A program made the translations under genes and the position numbers. Below, piece after piece: positions 20,944-30,813 of a stretch of 64,000 nucleotides of DNA. Under the pieces are notes generated by a model. That model was not told where the DNA came from, did no database searches, and saw only the letters and a program-made list of their open reading frames with translations. Numbering within the stretch: the stretch's first letter is position 1; each line of letters begins with the position of its first letter. Source of the stretch: Thermoplasmatales archaeon (GTDB lineage: Archaea; Thermoplasmatota; Thermoplasmata; Thermoplasmatales; Thermoplasmataceae); contig DAIDBH010000014.1 of the NCBI GenBank assembly GCA_027310185.1, positions 96,001 to 160,000 on the forward strand, read 5' to 3'.

Positions 20944-21531
20944 ATGATTAGTATGGGAGAAGAGAAACTTACCTATGTTATACCTGGTGACATTCTGGCT
21001 TATTCAGAAGAATATTTGCCAGGAAGGAACACACTGGAAGAAAATTCAAGAATAGTTTCTGTTACGTCAGGAGAAGTCAGGAAAAACGAAAAAGAGCTTA
21101 TTGCCAGTGTAGATAATGGAATACAGAAAATTCGACCAAAGAATGAGGATATAGTTTACGGCAAAATTATAAAGAACGATTCAAGACAGGTTTCTGTCCA
21201 GATAGTGGGCATAGAGATAAATGGAAAACTTGAGAACTATATGGCAGATGGATACATCAGAAACATGCAGGATTATAAGAAGGATGATAGAAGAGCACAG
21301 ACTGTGCATATAGGAGACCTAATAAGAGGAAAGGTGATCAGGGTCGGTCAAAATCTAGAAATAACCTTGAGTGGGAACAGACTTGGTGTTCTCAAGTCAA
21401 GGTGCTCGAGATGCAGAGAAGTGCTTGTTCTTAAAAACGGCGTTCTTTTCTGCGAGAACTGCAACAGGAGTGAGATGAGAAAAATAGCTCCTGATTACGG
21501 GGCACCTGAATTTGGGGAGATGAAAAGATGA
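20944..21531 (+). CDS. csl4: Exosome RNA-binding subunit Csl4
   Basis: VIPGDILAYSEEYLPG N-domain, S1 domain (GDLIRGKV), LGVLKSRCSRC...CENC...RKIA zinc ribbon. Confidence 0.93.
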   Translation: MISMGEEKLTYVIPGDILAYSEEYLPGRNTLEENSRIVSVTSGEVRKNEKELIASVDNGIQKIRPKNEDIVYGKIIKNDSRQVSVQIVGIEINGKLENYMADGYIRNMQDYKKDDRRAQTVHIGDLIRGKVIRVGQNLEITLSGNRLGVLKSRCSRCREVLVLKNGVLFCENCNRSEMRKIAPDYGAPEFGEMKR

Positions 21532-21680
21532 AAGGAGAAACCAACATAAAGGATATAGAAAGACTCAACAAGGATATAGTGAGCTTGAGGAAGGAAGTCG
21601 ATGACATGAAGGACGTCATTAGAGGACTGATACAGTTCATAATGAGGAAGGAAGATATTGACAGCGAGGAATATAACTGA
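21528..21680 (+). CDS. Small (50 aa) coiled-coil hypothetical protein, not in ORF track
   Basis: MKGETNIKDIERLNKDIVSLRKEVDDMKDVIRGLIQFIMRKEDIDSEEYN*. ATGA overlap with the csl4 stop; fills the gap to SmAP exactly; heptad pattern. Confidence 0.75.
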   Translation: MKGETNIKDIERLNKDIVSLRKEVDDMKDVIRGLIQFIMRKEDIDSEEYN

Positions 21681-21905
21681 GTGATAAAAATGATAGTACC
21701 GATGAAAGTATTGGAAGAAAATTTAAACAAAAAAGTATCGTTATTGCTAAAGGATAACAGGACCCTGGAAGGTGTGCTGACAGGATATGACGAGTACATG
21801 AACATGGTCATGGGGTCAGTGGAAGAGACTGGGGAAGAACTTAACAGAAAACTAGGAACTGTGATAATTAGAGGAAGCAACGTAGTAAGAATTGTACCAA
21901 TTTAA
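21681..21905 (+). CDS. Sm-like archaeal protein (SmAP/Lsm)
   Basis: Sm1 GVLTGYDEYMNMV and Sm2 IIRGSNV. The true start may be ATG 21690. Confidence 0.95.
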   Translation: MIKMIVPMKVLEENLNKKVSLLLKDNRTLEGVLTGYDEYMNMVMGSVEETGEELNRKLGTVIIRGSNVVRIVPI

Positions 21906-21956
21906 TAAAACAACTCAATAAAAATAAATTTAATTATTAATTATTAATCATGCAGT

Positions 21957-22274
21957 ATGCCATCGGTTAGAAGGAAAGATCCGAATAAAATTATAGCTCA
22001 GAGAAGAGAGAGCAATAACTTGAGGAATATTCCAGACATTCTCATTCCGATTTGGCAGATAAAGATAAGAGAGAGGTTTGGCATCGATGTGGATAGGGAG
22101 ATAGCCAGATATATAGTTCTCGCAGCACATGAAGAAGGGACATGGAAGAAACAAAGGGCTATAAGAAAAATAGAGGATATACTGAGATCAAGAGGAATGT
22201 CCAGGGAGACCTCAAAGAAGGTAGCAGTTGATGTAATTAAGATGGCTATTGGTGGAAAGAGCAGGGAAGATTGA
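21957..22274 (+). CDS. Basic hypothetical protein (105 aa)
   Basis: Clean Arg/Lys-rich ORF whose stop overlaps the start of the downstream methyltransferase; no recognised family. Confidence 0.75.
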   Translation: MPSVRRKDPNKIIAQRRESNNLRNIPDILIPIWQIKIRERFGIDVDREIARYIVLAAHEEGTWKKQRAIRKIEDILRSRGMSRETSKKVAVDVIKMAIGGKSRED

Positions 22275-22873
22275 AACTTTCGAAAAAAGATCTTGAGATA
22301 AAATTATCAAAACTGGAACCATTAAAAAAACCAAAGAACGAACTGGAGCAATATTCAACAGATTCTGTTCTTGCTTCTGAGGTCTTAAATCTTGCGTTTG
22401 TGAATGGAGATATAGCGGGAAAAAAAGTTCTGGATGCTGGTAGTGGTAATGGGATTTTTTCCTACGGTTCTATCTATTTTGGTGCCAGGTTTGTTACAGC
22501 ACTGGAAATTGATAAAGATCAGGAAGAAGTACTTAAGAAGAATCTGAATGATCTTAAAAACGTTGAAATTGTAATAGGTGACATAAGGAAGATTGATGGC
22601 CACTGGGATACAGTAATTTGTAATACACCCTTTGGTTCAGTTATCAGGGACTCAGACCTGCCGTTTCTTGAGAATATATTTAGAATAGGCGACTTCATCT
22701 ATCTCATTCATAACTGGAAAGTGAAGGACTTTGTTCTTGAATTCTTAAGGAATCGGGCAACCGTTCTGGCATATACGAAAAAGAAGCTCATAATTCCAAG
22801 AACTTACGCTCATCACGAGAAGGATAGGGCAACTATTGATGTGCTGTTGTTATACGCAAAAAGACTGGAATAG
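22271..22873 (+). CDS. METTL5-family RNA N6-adenine methyltransferase
   Basis: LEQYST, VLDAGSGNG, NTPFG (NPPF-like), IYLIH, YAHHEK. Confidence 0.88.
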   Translation: MKLSKKDLEIKLSKLEPLKKPKNELEQYSTDSVLASEVLNLAFVNGDIAGKKVLDAGSGNGIFSYGSIYFGARFVTALEIDKDQEEVLKKNLNDLKNVEIVIGDIRKIDGHWDTVICNTPFGSVIRDSDLPFLENIFRIGDFIYLIHNWKVKDFVLEFLRNRATVLAYTKKKLIIPRTYAHHEKDRATIDVLLLYAKRLE

Positions 22874-22878
22874 GATGT

Positions 22879-23010
22879 TCAATCCTTTTCAAGCTTCTTG
22901 TAGTCATTGAAGGTCTTTCCATCACCTGACATGTATTTCTTGGTTACATCTACCCATACATAGAAACAACCATCAAATATGCCTTCCTCTTCCTGCTTTA
23001 TTTCGCTCAT
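22879..23010 (-). CDS. Small (43 aa) hypothetical protein, not in ORF track
   Basis: MSEIKQEEEGIFDGCFYVWVDVTKKYMSGDGKTFNDYKKLEKD*. The ATG overlaps the stop of the dienelactone hydrolase gene (ATGA) and the ORF fills the intergenic gap. Confidence 0.65.
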   Translation of the reverse strand: MSEIKQEEEGIFDGCFYVWVDVTKKYMSGDGKTFNDYKKLEKD

Positions 23011-23798
23011 TTCAGGTACCTCCTGTAGAAATATTTCACCCTTTCCCATGCATCTTCTGAAGCTTCCCGGTTATAACTCATTCCAGTATCATTGAAAAAG
23101 GCGTGATATGTTCCCGGATACATCTTCATTTCAAAATCAGTCTTATATCTTACTACCCTTTCCATTACCTGCGGGAGAGTTGCATTTATACCACTATCCT
23201 CACCAGCGTAGATTCCAAATAACGCCCCCTTGATGTGTTCCATGTCGTCAAGATTTCTAGGGCTTGCACCATAGAATATAACTGAAGCTTCAAATTCTTT
23301 TGATGTTGATATCTGGAATGCAAGTCCTCCGCCCATGCAGAATCCAACTACTCCTTTCTTCCCAACACCTTTCATCTCCTGATCATAAAGATTAGCGAGA
23401 TCTGATAGCATCCGCTTTTCCATGAGTTCTCTCTTTTCGGAAACAAAGTTGAAAATTTGTTTTCCCACCGGAGACAGCTTTCCCATTACCTCCTTTATTG
23501 CTGCTGGATCCCTCCTCTTTTCTGGTGGAAGTGACCACATTGGGCGCATCGCGTCCATTATATTCTCCTCAGTGAATACCTGTTTATCCTCTGGTCTTGA
23601 ATAAAGGTCAGGTGCAATTACATCATACCCTTCCTTTGCCAGTCTCCTGCTGAAGGATTTTATGAATGCTGTTAGCCCCCAGATTTCAGAAATGACCATT
23701 ATCTTCCCCCTGCTACCCTCGGTTTTGATCTCAAGGAAATCAAGGTTCTGACCATTTTCAACGTGGAACTTTTTCATTGACTCTGTCAATTCCGTCAT
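23007..23798 (-). CDS. Dienelactone hydrolase family protein
   Basis: EIWGL, APDLY, GFCMGG nucleophile, YAGED, HAFFN. Confidence 0.92.
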   Translation of the reverse strand: MTELTESMKKFHVENGQNLDFLEIKTEGSRGKIMVISEIWGLTAFIKSFSRRLAKEGYDVIAPDLYSRPEDKQVFTEENIMDAMRPMWSLPPEKRRDPAAIKEVMGKLSPVGKQIFNFVSEKRELMEKRMLSDLANLYDQEMKGVGKKGVVGFCMGGGLAFQISTSKEFEASVIFYGASPRNLDDMEHIKGALFGIYAGEDSGINATLPQVMERVVRYKTDFEMKMYPGTYHAFFNDTGMSYNREASEDAWERVKYFYRRYLK

Positions 23799-23840
23799 AT
23801 CCTCTAATGCTAAAAATTGTATAAAAAATTATGTTTCCTT

Positions 23841-24767
23841 TTAATGGCTTAAAAGGTAAACAATAGCTGCCTTAGCACTGTGCAGCCTGTTTTCGGCTTC
23901 CTGGAAAATTACACTGTTGATGCTATCCGCCACTTCATCTGTTACTTCAAGGCCCCTATGGGCAGGGAGGCAGTGCATAAATATATAGTCCTTTCTTGCA
24001 TTTTTTACAAGTTCACTGTTGACCTGGAATGGCTTAAGGTCTCTTTCCTTCTCTTCCCTCTGTTTCTCCTCACCCATGGAAACCCAAACGTCTGTATATA
24101 TTATATCTGCAGCCTCTACTGCTTCGTCAGGTTTATCTGTCAGGGTTACGATGCTTCCAGTTTCCTTTGCTATTTTTTTTGCCTTTTCTATGAATGACTG
24201 GTCTGGCATATGATTCTTCGGTGTTCCGATAGAGATATCCATTCCAGTCATTGCACAGGTCAGTACAAGTGAATTAACCATGTTGTTTCCATCGCCGACA
24301 TAGGAAAATTTCTTGCCGTGAAAATCTCCCTTCTTTTCAGCTATGGTCATGAAATCTGCTATCATCTGAAGAGGATGCTCCTGATTGTCAAGAGCGTTGA
24401 TTACAGGGACTGAAGAGTATTTTGCAAGCTTGACCACGTTTTCATGGCTGAATGCCCTGTATGTGATAATGTCAAGCATTCCTGAAAGGACTCTTGAAGT
24501 GTCCTCCACTGTCTCTCCCCTGCCCATCTGCATGTCAGAGGGGTTAAGGTAAAGTGCGTTTCCTCCAAGCTGGTACATTGCTGTTTCCAGAGAAACTCTG
24601 GTTCTTGTGCTGGATTTCTCGAAGATCATGCCCATGGATCTGCCCTCAACCCATGGGTTTGTCTGGTATCTTGATCTCTTGAACTTCAACCCCAGATTTA
24701 CTATCTCGTTAAAGTCGTCCCTGATATCAAGAATTGATACCAAATCTTTTTTAATCATGCCGATCAC
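23841..24767 (-). CDS. argF: Ornithine carbamoyltransferase
   Basis: FEKSSTRTR, HPLQ, DVWVSMG, HCLP, AENRLH. Confidence 0.96.
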   Translation of the reverse strand: MIGMIKKDLVSILDIRDDFNEIVNLGLKFKRSRYQTNPWVEGRSMGMIFEKSSTRTRVSLETAMYQLGGNALYLNPSDMQMGRGETVEDTSRVLSGMLDIITYRAFSHENVVKLAKYSSVPVINALDNQEHPLQMIADFMTIAEKKGDFHGKKFSYVGDGNNMVNSLVLTCAMTGMDISIGTPKNHMPDQSFIEKAKKIAKETGSIVTLTDKPDEAVEAADIIYTDVWVSMGEEKQREEKERDLKPFQVNSELVKNARKDYIFMHCLPAHRGLEVTDEVADSINSVIFQEAENRLHSAKAAIVYLLSH

Positions 24768-25621
24768 TCCAGCAATGAAGGTACATCTGTGGGGTATTCT
24801 GCAACCTTTACTCCAGCTGCATTGAATGCCTTAATCTTAGATTCCGCAGTTCCAACTCCCTTCTCAATGATGGCGCCTGCATGCCCCATTCTCTTTCCTG
24901 GTGGTGCGCTTCTTCCTGTTATATACGCTACAACCTTCTTTGTGATATGCTTTTGTATATACTGGGCTGCAAGCTCTTCATTGCTGCCCCCTATTTCACC
25001 AACCAGAACTATTTTTTCAGTATCCGGGTCTTTCTCATACTGCTTCAGTACATCTATGTAATTTAATCCAACAACCGGATCTCCACCGAGACCGATGACT
25101 GTGCTTTCACCCATTCCACTCTTGGTGACCGCGTCCACAATTTCATAGGTTAGTGTTCCGCTCCTTGATGCGATACCAACATTACCTTTCCTGAATATTT
25201 TGTTTGGCATGATTCCGATCTTGCATTTGCCTACTGCTGTTATACCCGGCCCATTTGGCCCAATTACAACTGCACCCTTTCTCCTGGCATTGTGTACTAT
25301 CTCCATTGAATCGTGGAAAGGTACGTGCTCAGTGAGTATATATATGAAGTTGATTCCTGAATCGATAGCCTCGAATGCTGCATCCTTTACAAATGGTGCA
25401 GGAACACTGATCATAGTGGCGTCTGGCTTGAATTCCATTGCATCCCTTACTGAACCAACTATTGGTACCTTGTCCATGAATTTAGTTCCAGCCTTTCCTG
25501 GTGAAACACCTGCAACAACCTTTGTTCCGAATGCAAGCATTTCTCCGGCATGAAATGCACCCTGATGCCCTGTTATACCCTGAACAATCACTTTTGTATT
25601 TTCATCAACATAAACACTCAT
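24764..25621 (-). CDS. sucD: Succinyl-CoA synthetase alpha subunit
   Basis: QGITG, GPNGPG, SRSGTLTYE, GEIGG, RMGHAGA. Confidence 0.97.
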   Translation of the reverse strand: MSVYVDENTKVIVQGITGHQGAFHAGEMLAFGTKVVAGVSPGKAGTKFMDKVPIVGSVRDAMEFKPDATMISVPAPFVKDAAFEAIDSGINFIYILTEHVPFHDSMEIVHNARRKGAVVIGPNGPGITAVGKCKIGIMPNKIFRKGNVGIASRSGTLTYEIVDAVTKSGMGESTVIGLGGDPVVGLNYIDVLKQYEKDPDTEKIVLVGEIGGSNEELAAQYIQKHITKKVVAYITGRSAPPGKRMGHAGAIIEKGVGTAESKIKAFNAAGVKVAEYPTDVPSLLE

Positions 25622-25622
25622 T

Positions 25623-26729
25623 TTAATTACCCCCTGCTAATTTTACAACTCTCTCTATGGCTTCCATCATCGTTGGGAATGAATCAATATTACTGTCCTT
25701 CAGGATCTTCCTTCCTTCATCATCCCTTACACCACTCAATCTAACAACAATTGGCTGTGTGATTGAGAGTTTATTCTTTGCCATTACTATCCCGTTTGCA
25801 ACTGTATCACATTTGGTGACCCCGCCAAAGATGTTGACAAGTATTGCCTTTGGCTTTGCCTTAAGGACAAGATCAAAAGCGTTTGCAACTATGTCCGAGT
25901 TATCTGTTCCTCCGAGATCTAAGAAGTTCCTCGGCTTTCCCTTGTGAAGAGTGAGTGCGTCAAGAGTTGCCATTGTTAACCCAGCACCATTCGCAATAAC
26001 TCCAATGTTCCCGTCGAGTTCGATGAACGCATAGCCTTTCTGGGAAGCCTCAAGTTCCAGTGGTGTCTTCTCTGGATCAACTACTTCAAATTCCTTGTGC
26101 CTGTATACTGAATCACTGTCAACGACAACCTTAGAATCTGCAGCTATTAACTTTCCTTCCTCTGTTATGACAAGAGGATTTATTTCAACAAGCTCACAAT
26201 CTTCCTCTACCCATATTTTATACAGTATTTTCAGGATGGACATGAACTGTTTAGCAATATCAGGTTCAAGCTTCATGAATGCTACAGCTTCCCTTCCTAT
26301 GAAATCAGAGTATCCTAGAATTGGGTCTATGTGTCTTGTATAAAGCTGATCGTGTGGTATAGACTCTATCTCGACTCCGCCCTGTGTTGTTGCTATTAGA
26401 ATTGGTTCCTTCTCTGTTCTGTCCAGGGCAATACTGACATACATTTCCTTTTTGATGTGAATCATTTCTTCAATCAGGACCTTTGTTACGGTTAATCCCC
26501 TAATTTTTGCTCCAAGTAATTCCTTGACACCGTCATTGAGTTCCTGCTGGGACCTGGCAAATTTTATTCCTCCAGATTTACCTCTTCCTCCCAGAAGAAT
26601 CTGTGACTTAACTACCACTGGCTTCTCAAAATTCCTGATGTCTGATTCCTTTTCCACAAGATAGCTTTCCGGTACTGGAATACCGTACTTCCTAAAAATC
26701 TGTTTTCCCATATACTCGTAAAGATTCAT
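25623..26729 (-). CDS. sucC: Succinyl-CoA synthetase beta subunit
   Basis: MNLYEYMGK, GGRGKSGG, EINPL, NGAGLTMATLD, NIFGG. Confidence 0.97.
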   Translation of the reverse strand: MNLYEYMGKQIFRKYGIPVPESYLVEKESDIRNFEKPVVVKSQILLGGRGKSGGIKFARSQQELNDGVKELLGAKIRGLTVTKVLIEEMIHIKKEMYVSIALDRTEKEPILIATTQGGVEIESIPHDQLYTRHIDPILGYSDFIGREAVAFMKLEPDIAKQFMSILKILYKIWVEEDCELVEINPLVITEEGKLIAADSKVVVDSDSVYRHKEFEVVDPEKTPLELEASQKGYAFIELDGNIGVIANGAGLTMATLDALTLHKGKPRNFLDLGGTDNSDIVANAFDLVLKAKPKAILVNIFGGVTKCDTVANGIVMAKNKLSITQPIVVRLSGVRDDEGRKILKDSNIDSFPTMMEAIERVVKLAGGN

Positions 26730-26975
26730 ATTTTACCGTAAGGCAATTACATAAAAGGATAAATAATATTTTACATTATATTAACTTTTTAGGCCTGCTT
26801 GATCTCAATTCTAAATTGTGTAAAATTATATTTTTAATTATAAGTCATATAAATCCTTTGAACTGGAAATCCAGATGAAAAAAAATTAATTTTTGAATGA
26901 AGAGACACTTAATCTCCTTTACTTTACGATGAATCGGTAAAAACAATAAAAATTTAAATTTTAGAAATGGCTGGT

Positions 26976-28616
26976 TTAGTATGGTGGCATTCCGCCCATA
27001 CCGCCAGCGCCCATTCCACCCATGCCTCCGCCCGGGGATGGTGCACTCTTCTTGCTTGCTATGACATCATCAATTCTCAATATCATGGTAGCAACTTCCA
27101 CTGCGCTCTCAAGTGCATGTCTTTTCACTTTAAGCGGGTCAAATACACCGAGTGCAAACATGTCGGATACTTTGTTTTCACTAAAGTTGATCCCTGTGTT
27201 GATATTTTTCTTTTCGTGCTCTGCCTTAAGCTGTATGAGAGTGTTAATTGGGTCCATACCTGCATTCTCTGCAAGTGTTCTTGGAATGACTTCAAGAGCC
27301 TTGGCAAATGCATCTATGGCAAGCTGCTCCCTTCCGCCAACACTGGCAGCATATGACCTTATTCTGAGTGAAAGCTCAGATTCAACTGCTCCACCACCTG
27401 GCAGTATTTTTCCATCTTCCTTTGTTATGGCAACCACTCTTATGGCGTCGTTCAGTGCCCTTTCAATCTCAGATACAACATGTTCGGTTCCGCCTCTGAT
27501 AAGTATGCTTACTGCCTTTGGATTACTGCACCCAGTCACAAAGGTCATTCTGTCGTCTCCTATCTTCTTCTCTTCAACTCTCTTTGCAGAACCGAGATAG
27601 GATGGTGAAAGATCATCAAGGTTTGTAACCAGCTTTGCACCTGTTGCCTTGGCAAGCTTTTCCATGTCGCTTTTCTTTACCCTTCTGACGGCATAAATCC
27701 CTTCCTTTGCAAGATAGTGCTGGGCAATATCATCTATACCCTTCTGGCAAAGAACAACATTTGCTCCACTCTTCTTTACCTTGGATACCATTGCCTTGAA
27801 TGTGTCAACTTCCTGATCAAGAAAGTCCTGTATCTTGGATGGATCCGAAATCTGGACCTTTGCCTCTATTTCTGTTTTCTTAATTTCAAGTGCTGAATCA
27901 ATAAGTGCTATCTTTGCATCGTTGACTACAGAGGGCATCTTAGAATGAACTTTTTCCTTGTCTATGACAAGACCCATAATCAGTTCAGTTTCGTTCACGC
28001 TTCCTCCACTCTTCTTATCTATCTTTATGCTTGATGGCTCGACAGTGAACTTATGATTCTTTTCTTCAGCTACTGCATTTACTGCCTTTACAATTAACTT
28101 GTAAAGCAAGTCTCCGCCAAGGCCTATATTCTTGCCTGAAAGTGCAGTTCTTGCAACCTGTTCAAGAGATTTGTCATCCTTTACATCCTTTGCAATATTG
28201 TCCAGTTCCTTCTTTGCCTGATTTACTGCCAGCCTGTATCCATTTGCGATAACTGTTGGATGCACTCCCTGTTCCAGTAGTTCCTCTGCCTGCTTCAGGA
28301 ATTCTCCTGCAAGTACGACTGAAGTAGTAGTTCCATCTCCAACTGCTGTATCCTGTGACTTGGCAACTTCAACTATCATCTTGGCCGTAGGGTGATCCAC
28401 ATCCATTTCTTTCAAAATGGTTGCCCCATCATTGGAAATAATGATATCCCCAATGGAGTCGACCAGCATCTTATCCATTCCCTTCGGGCCAAGAGTTGTT
28501 CTCACAGCTTCAGCAATGGCTTTTGCTGCATCTATATTATTCTTCTGTGCATTCTTACCCTGATCCCTGCTTGTACCTTCTTTTAATATAAATATCGGCA
28601 TCTGTCCGTTTAACAT
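26976..28616 (-). CDS. thsA: Thermosome (group II chaperonin) alpha subunit
   Basis: [21 protein letters not shown]-repeat tail. The N-terminus resembles the Thermoplasma alpha subunit. Confidence 0.95.
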   Translation of the reverse strand: MLNGQMPIFILKEGTSRDQGKNAQKNNIDAAKAIAEAVRTTLGPKGMDKMLVDSIGDIIISNDGATILKEMDVDHPTAKMIVEVAKSQDTAVGDGTTTSVVLAGEFLKQAEELLEQGVHPTVIANGYRLAVNQAKKELDNIAKDVKDDKSLEQVARTALSGKNIGLGGDLLYKLIVKAVNAVAEEKNHKFTVEPSSIKIDKKSGGSVNETELIMGLVIDKEKVHSKMPSVVNDAKIALIDSALEIKKTEIEAKVQISDPSKIQDFLDQEVDTFKAMVSKVKKSGANVVLCQKGIDDIAQHYLAKEGIYAVRRVKKSDMEKLAKATGAKLVTNLDDLSPSYLGSAKRVEEKKIGDDRMTFVTGCSNPKAVSILIRGGTEHVVSEIERALNDAIRVVAITKEDGKILPGGGAVESELSLRIRSYAASVGGREQLAIDAFAKALEVIPRTLAENAGMDPINTLIQLKAEHEKKNINTGINFSENKVSDMFALGVFDPLKVKRHALESAVEVATMILRIDDVIASKKSAPSPGGGMGGMGAGGMGGMPPY

Positions 28617-28823
28617 CTTTGTTCCTCCTTATTTCTACTTGGTAAATTTGTTCTTCAATATAAATCTTATGCATATTTTTACGATAAAAATTAGGTGGGT
28701 GAACTACTCTTTGTTCAGTAGCTTGGTTCCATTTCATAATGTTAGGATAAATGGATATTTGAATGACCAAGACTCAATTTCATTATTGATATTCCCCTGC
28801 CATTATTTCCTTTTTCACCATAT

Positions 28824-30317
28824 TCATAATTTTTTTATCTTTTCCTCTTTCCTGTATTCCTGGAAAAATCTTCCCAGCGGATATTTACCGTAATCAACGA
28901 ACTTAAATAATGACCTGAAGTCAGGCTCCTGTTCTACAAATGCATTTACCATTTTAATTGCAGTTTCCCTCAGATCTGGATGTGACTGCGGCGTGGACCT
29001 CAACTCACTGAAATACACTAATTCCCTGAGATTTGTATTGACAAGAATCTCATAATTTGTGCAGTATGGTAACACGTATTGTGCCAGTTTACCCCCGGCT
29101 TCTTCCCTTATTTTAATGTATAGCTTTTCAACCTCATCAATCAATGTCTTCATCCTCGACTCAAGGTCTGCATTATTGGAAATATATTCTGGGATGTAAT
29201 AACCATGCTCTGGCGAAAGGTCTTTTCTTAATATACTCATGAATCTATGTCTCTGGAACTCCCTGAAAGCTCCATAATTCATTATGATCCTGTAAGTCAT
29301 GTTGACAAATTCAAATGCTCTTGGTAATTTATCCCTCCTGCTCCCCCTTGAATCCACTATTAAACTAATCATTTCTTTTTTCTGCAGATCATTATAAGAG
29401 AGATTTGAAAAGCTCAGTGTGCTCCCAATACTCGCTGCCTGTTTTTTAGAATAATCTGTTAATATTACTTCCACTGATCTGTTATCTTTCCATTCTGAAC
29501 CGTGTAAATGATAAATGTTAGGTTTTTCAATCTCGATCTCCCGATTTTTGACGTAACGTGGGTCTCTGGCTGACTTTACAAGATTTTCAAACTCAGTGAA
29601 AAGTTCATTATAAATCAGATCTGAAATCTCTCTTGCCTCTGGAATTCCACTTTGATCCAGTTTCTGGATAAGATGAATGAATGCTCTGATGTTTCCAGAA
29701 ATACCCATATTTGTCAGAGTGCTGGAAGGAAGGATTGACCTTATATCATCAAGAGTCCTCGATTTGAGAGCAGTTTCATATGCCTTCGTGGCCGAATCTT
29801 CTCCACCTGTCTGGAAGTCGGAAAAAGGATAATTCTCCCTCAGCTTTTCTCTGATAGATGGAATTGCATATGAATAAAAATCGAACAGTTTTTCCATTAA
29901 GGAGTTGTACTCACCTTCAAATTTCACTGGAATACCGGTTTTATCAAAATCAAGAAACAGATATTTCCCATTTGTCTTTTTGTCGTAACTCACGTATCTT
30001 GAGGATTTTTCAAGATATGATAAACCGACCCTACTTTCTTCGATTAACTTTGTGACTATATTTGAAATCCCCTGTATACCGATCTGAATCGAAATAAGTT
30101 CAGCTACAGATTCATCCCCATACTCCAGGAATACCCTTTCATAAAATTTCTTTCCCCTGTCTGGATTCTCCTGGAATTCCTTTCTATAAAGTTCCCGGAT
30201 ATCAAGTGTTGCTGTCCTGCTGTACCTTGATAATAATGCACCCCTATCAATCTGGTTCTCCATTTTTAAAATAAAAACCCGTTTATCCTGATTTGAAAAA
30301 AAATTGTCAGAAGTCAT
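28824..30317 (-). CDS. thyX: FAD-dependent thymidylate synthase, tandem two-domain form
   Basis: YGDESVAE, SYLEKSSRYV in the N-half; FREFQRHR and ELRS in the C-half; about twice the normal ThyX length. Confidence 0.9.
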   Translation of the reverse strand: MTSDNFFSNQDKRVFILKMENQIDRGALLSRYSRTATLDIRELYRKEFQENPDRGKKFYERVFLEYGDESVAELISIQIGIQGISNIVTKLIEESRVGLSYLEKSSRYVSYDKKTNGKYLFLDFDKTGIPVKFEGEYNSLMEKLFDFYSYAIPSIREKLRENYPFSDFQTGGEDSATKAYETALKSRTLDDIRSILPSSTLTNMGISGNIRAFIHLIQKLDQSGIPEAREISDLIYNELFTEFENLVKSARDPRYVKNREIEIEKPNIYHLHGSEWKDNRSVEVILTDYSKKQAASIGSTLSFSNLSYNDLQKKEMISLIVDSRGSRRDKLPRAFEFVNMTYRIIMNYGAFREFQRHRFMSILRKDLSPEHGYYIPEYISNNADLESRMKTLIDEVEKLYIKIREEAGGKLAQYVLPYCTNYEILVNTNLRELVYFSELRSTPQSHPDLRETAIKMVNAFVEQEPDFRSLFKFVDYGKYPLGRFFQEYRKEEKIKKL

Positions 30318-30321
30318 ATTT

Positions 30322-30813
30322 CTATTCCTTCATGGGTACGAAATAGACGTCTGTTGGGCTGAAAGTAAGATTCCTCTTGAATTTTGCCTTTACTTTCATT
30401 CCTATTTTTAAGTCTTCCTGTGAAGCCCCTATTAACCTGGCCATGAAAAGAGAATCTACACCTTCAAACTCTACCATGATAAGGTTGAACGGAGTTTCTG
30501 GGAGGAATTTCTCACTGCCAAAGTAACAGGTTGTAAACGTGTGGATTCTTCCCTCAGTTGGCAATTCGTGCCACTCGGTCTCTGAACCACAGAACATGCA
30601 ATGTCCTCTGGGTGTTGCATACACATATCCACAACTCTTGCATTTGCTTCCCATAAGCTTCTTTTTTCCCAGTGCCCGGAAAAATTCAGAATCCTGTGCA
30701 TAACTGTGGATGTAATCTATTTCATAGTGAGATTTTACAATGAGCGGATCTGTATTGTACACTTCAGTACCATTCTGGGTTTCTGGCATTTTTGCATCAT
30801 AGTCTATGGTCAT
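30322..30813 (-). CDS. DUF35 Zn-ribbon/OB-fold acyl-CoA-binding protein
   Basis: CKSCG...HCMFCG, GRIHTFT, LKIGMKVKAKF; coupled to the thiolase-like gene. Confidence 0.92.
   Translation of the reverse strand: MTIDYDAKMPETQNGTEVYNTDPLIVKSHYEIDYIHSYAQDSEFFRALGKKKLMGSKCKSCGYVYATPRGHCMFCGSETEWHELPTEGRIHTFTTCYFGSEKFLPETPFNLIMVEFEGVDSLFMARLIGASQEDLKIGMKVKAKFKRNLTFSPTDVYFVPMKE

Noticed and set aside
26985-27035. GC-rich repeat-like stretch
   Set aside because: It encodes the normal GGM tail of the chaperonin.
26967-27600. Long antisense ORFs over the thermosome gene (and similar ones over infB, vat, OFOR and fusA)
   Set aside because: These are antisense frames of conserved genes with biased codon use and no independent protein features.
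28722-28771. Imperfect hairpin between thyX and thsA
   Set aside because: Short interrupted stems in AT-rich DNA with no recognisable RNA motif.
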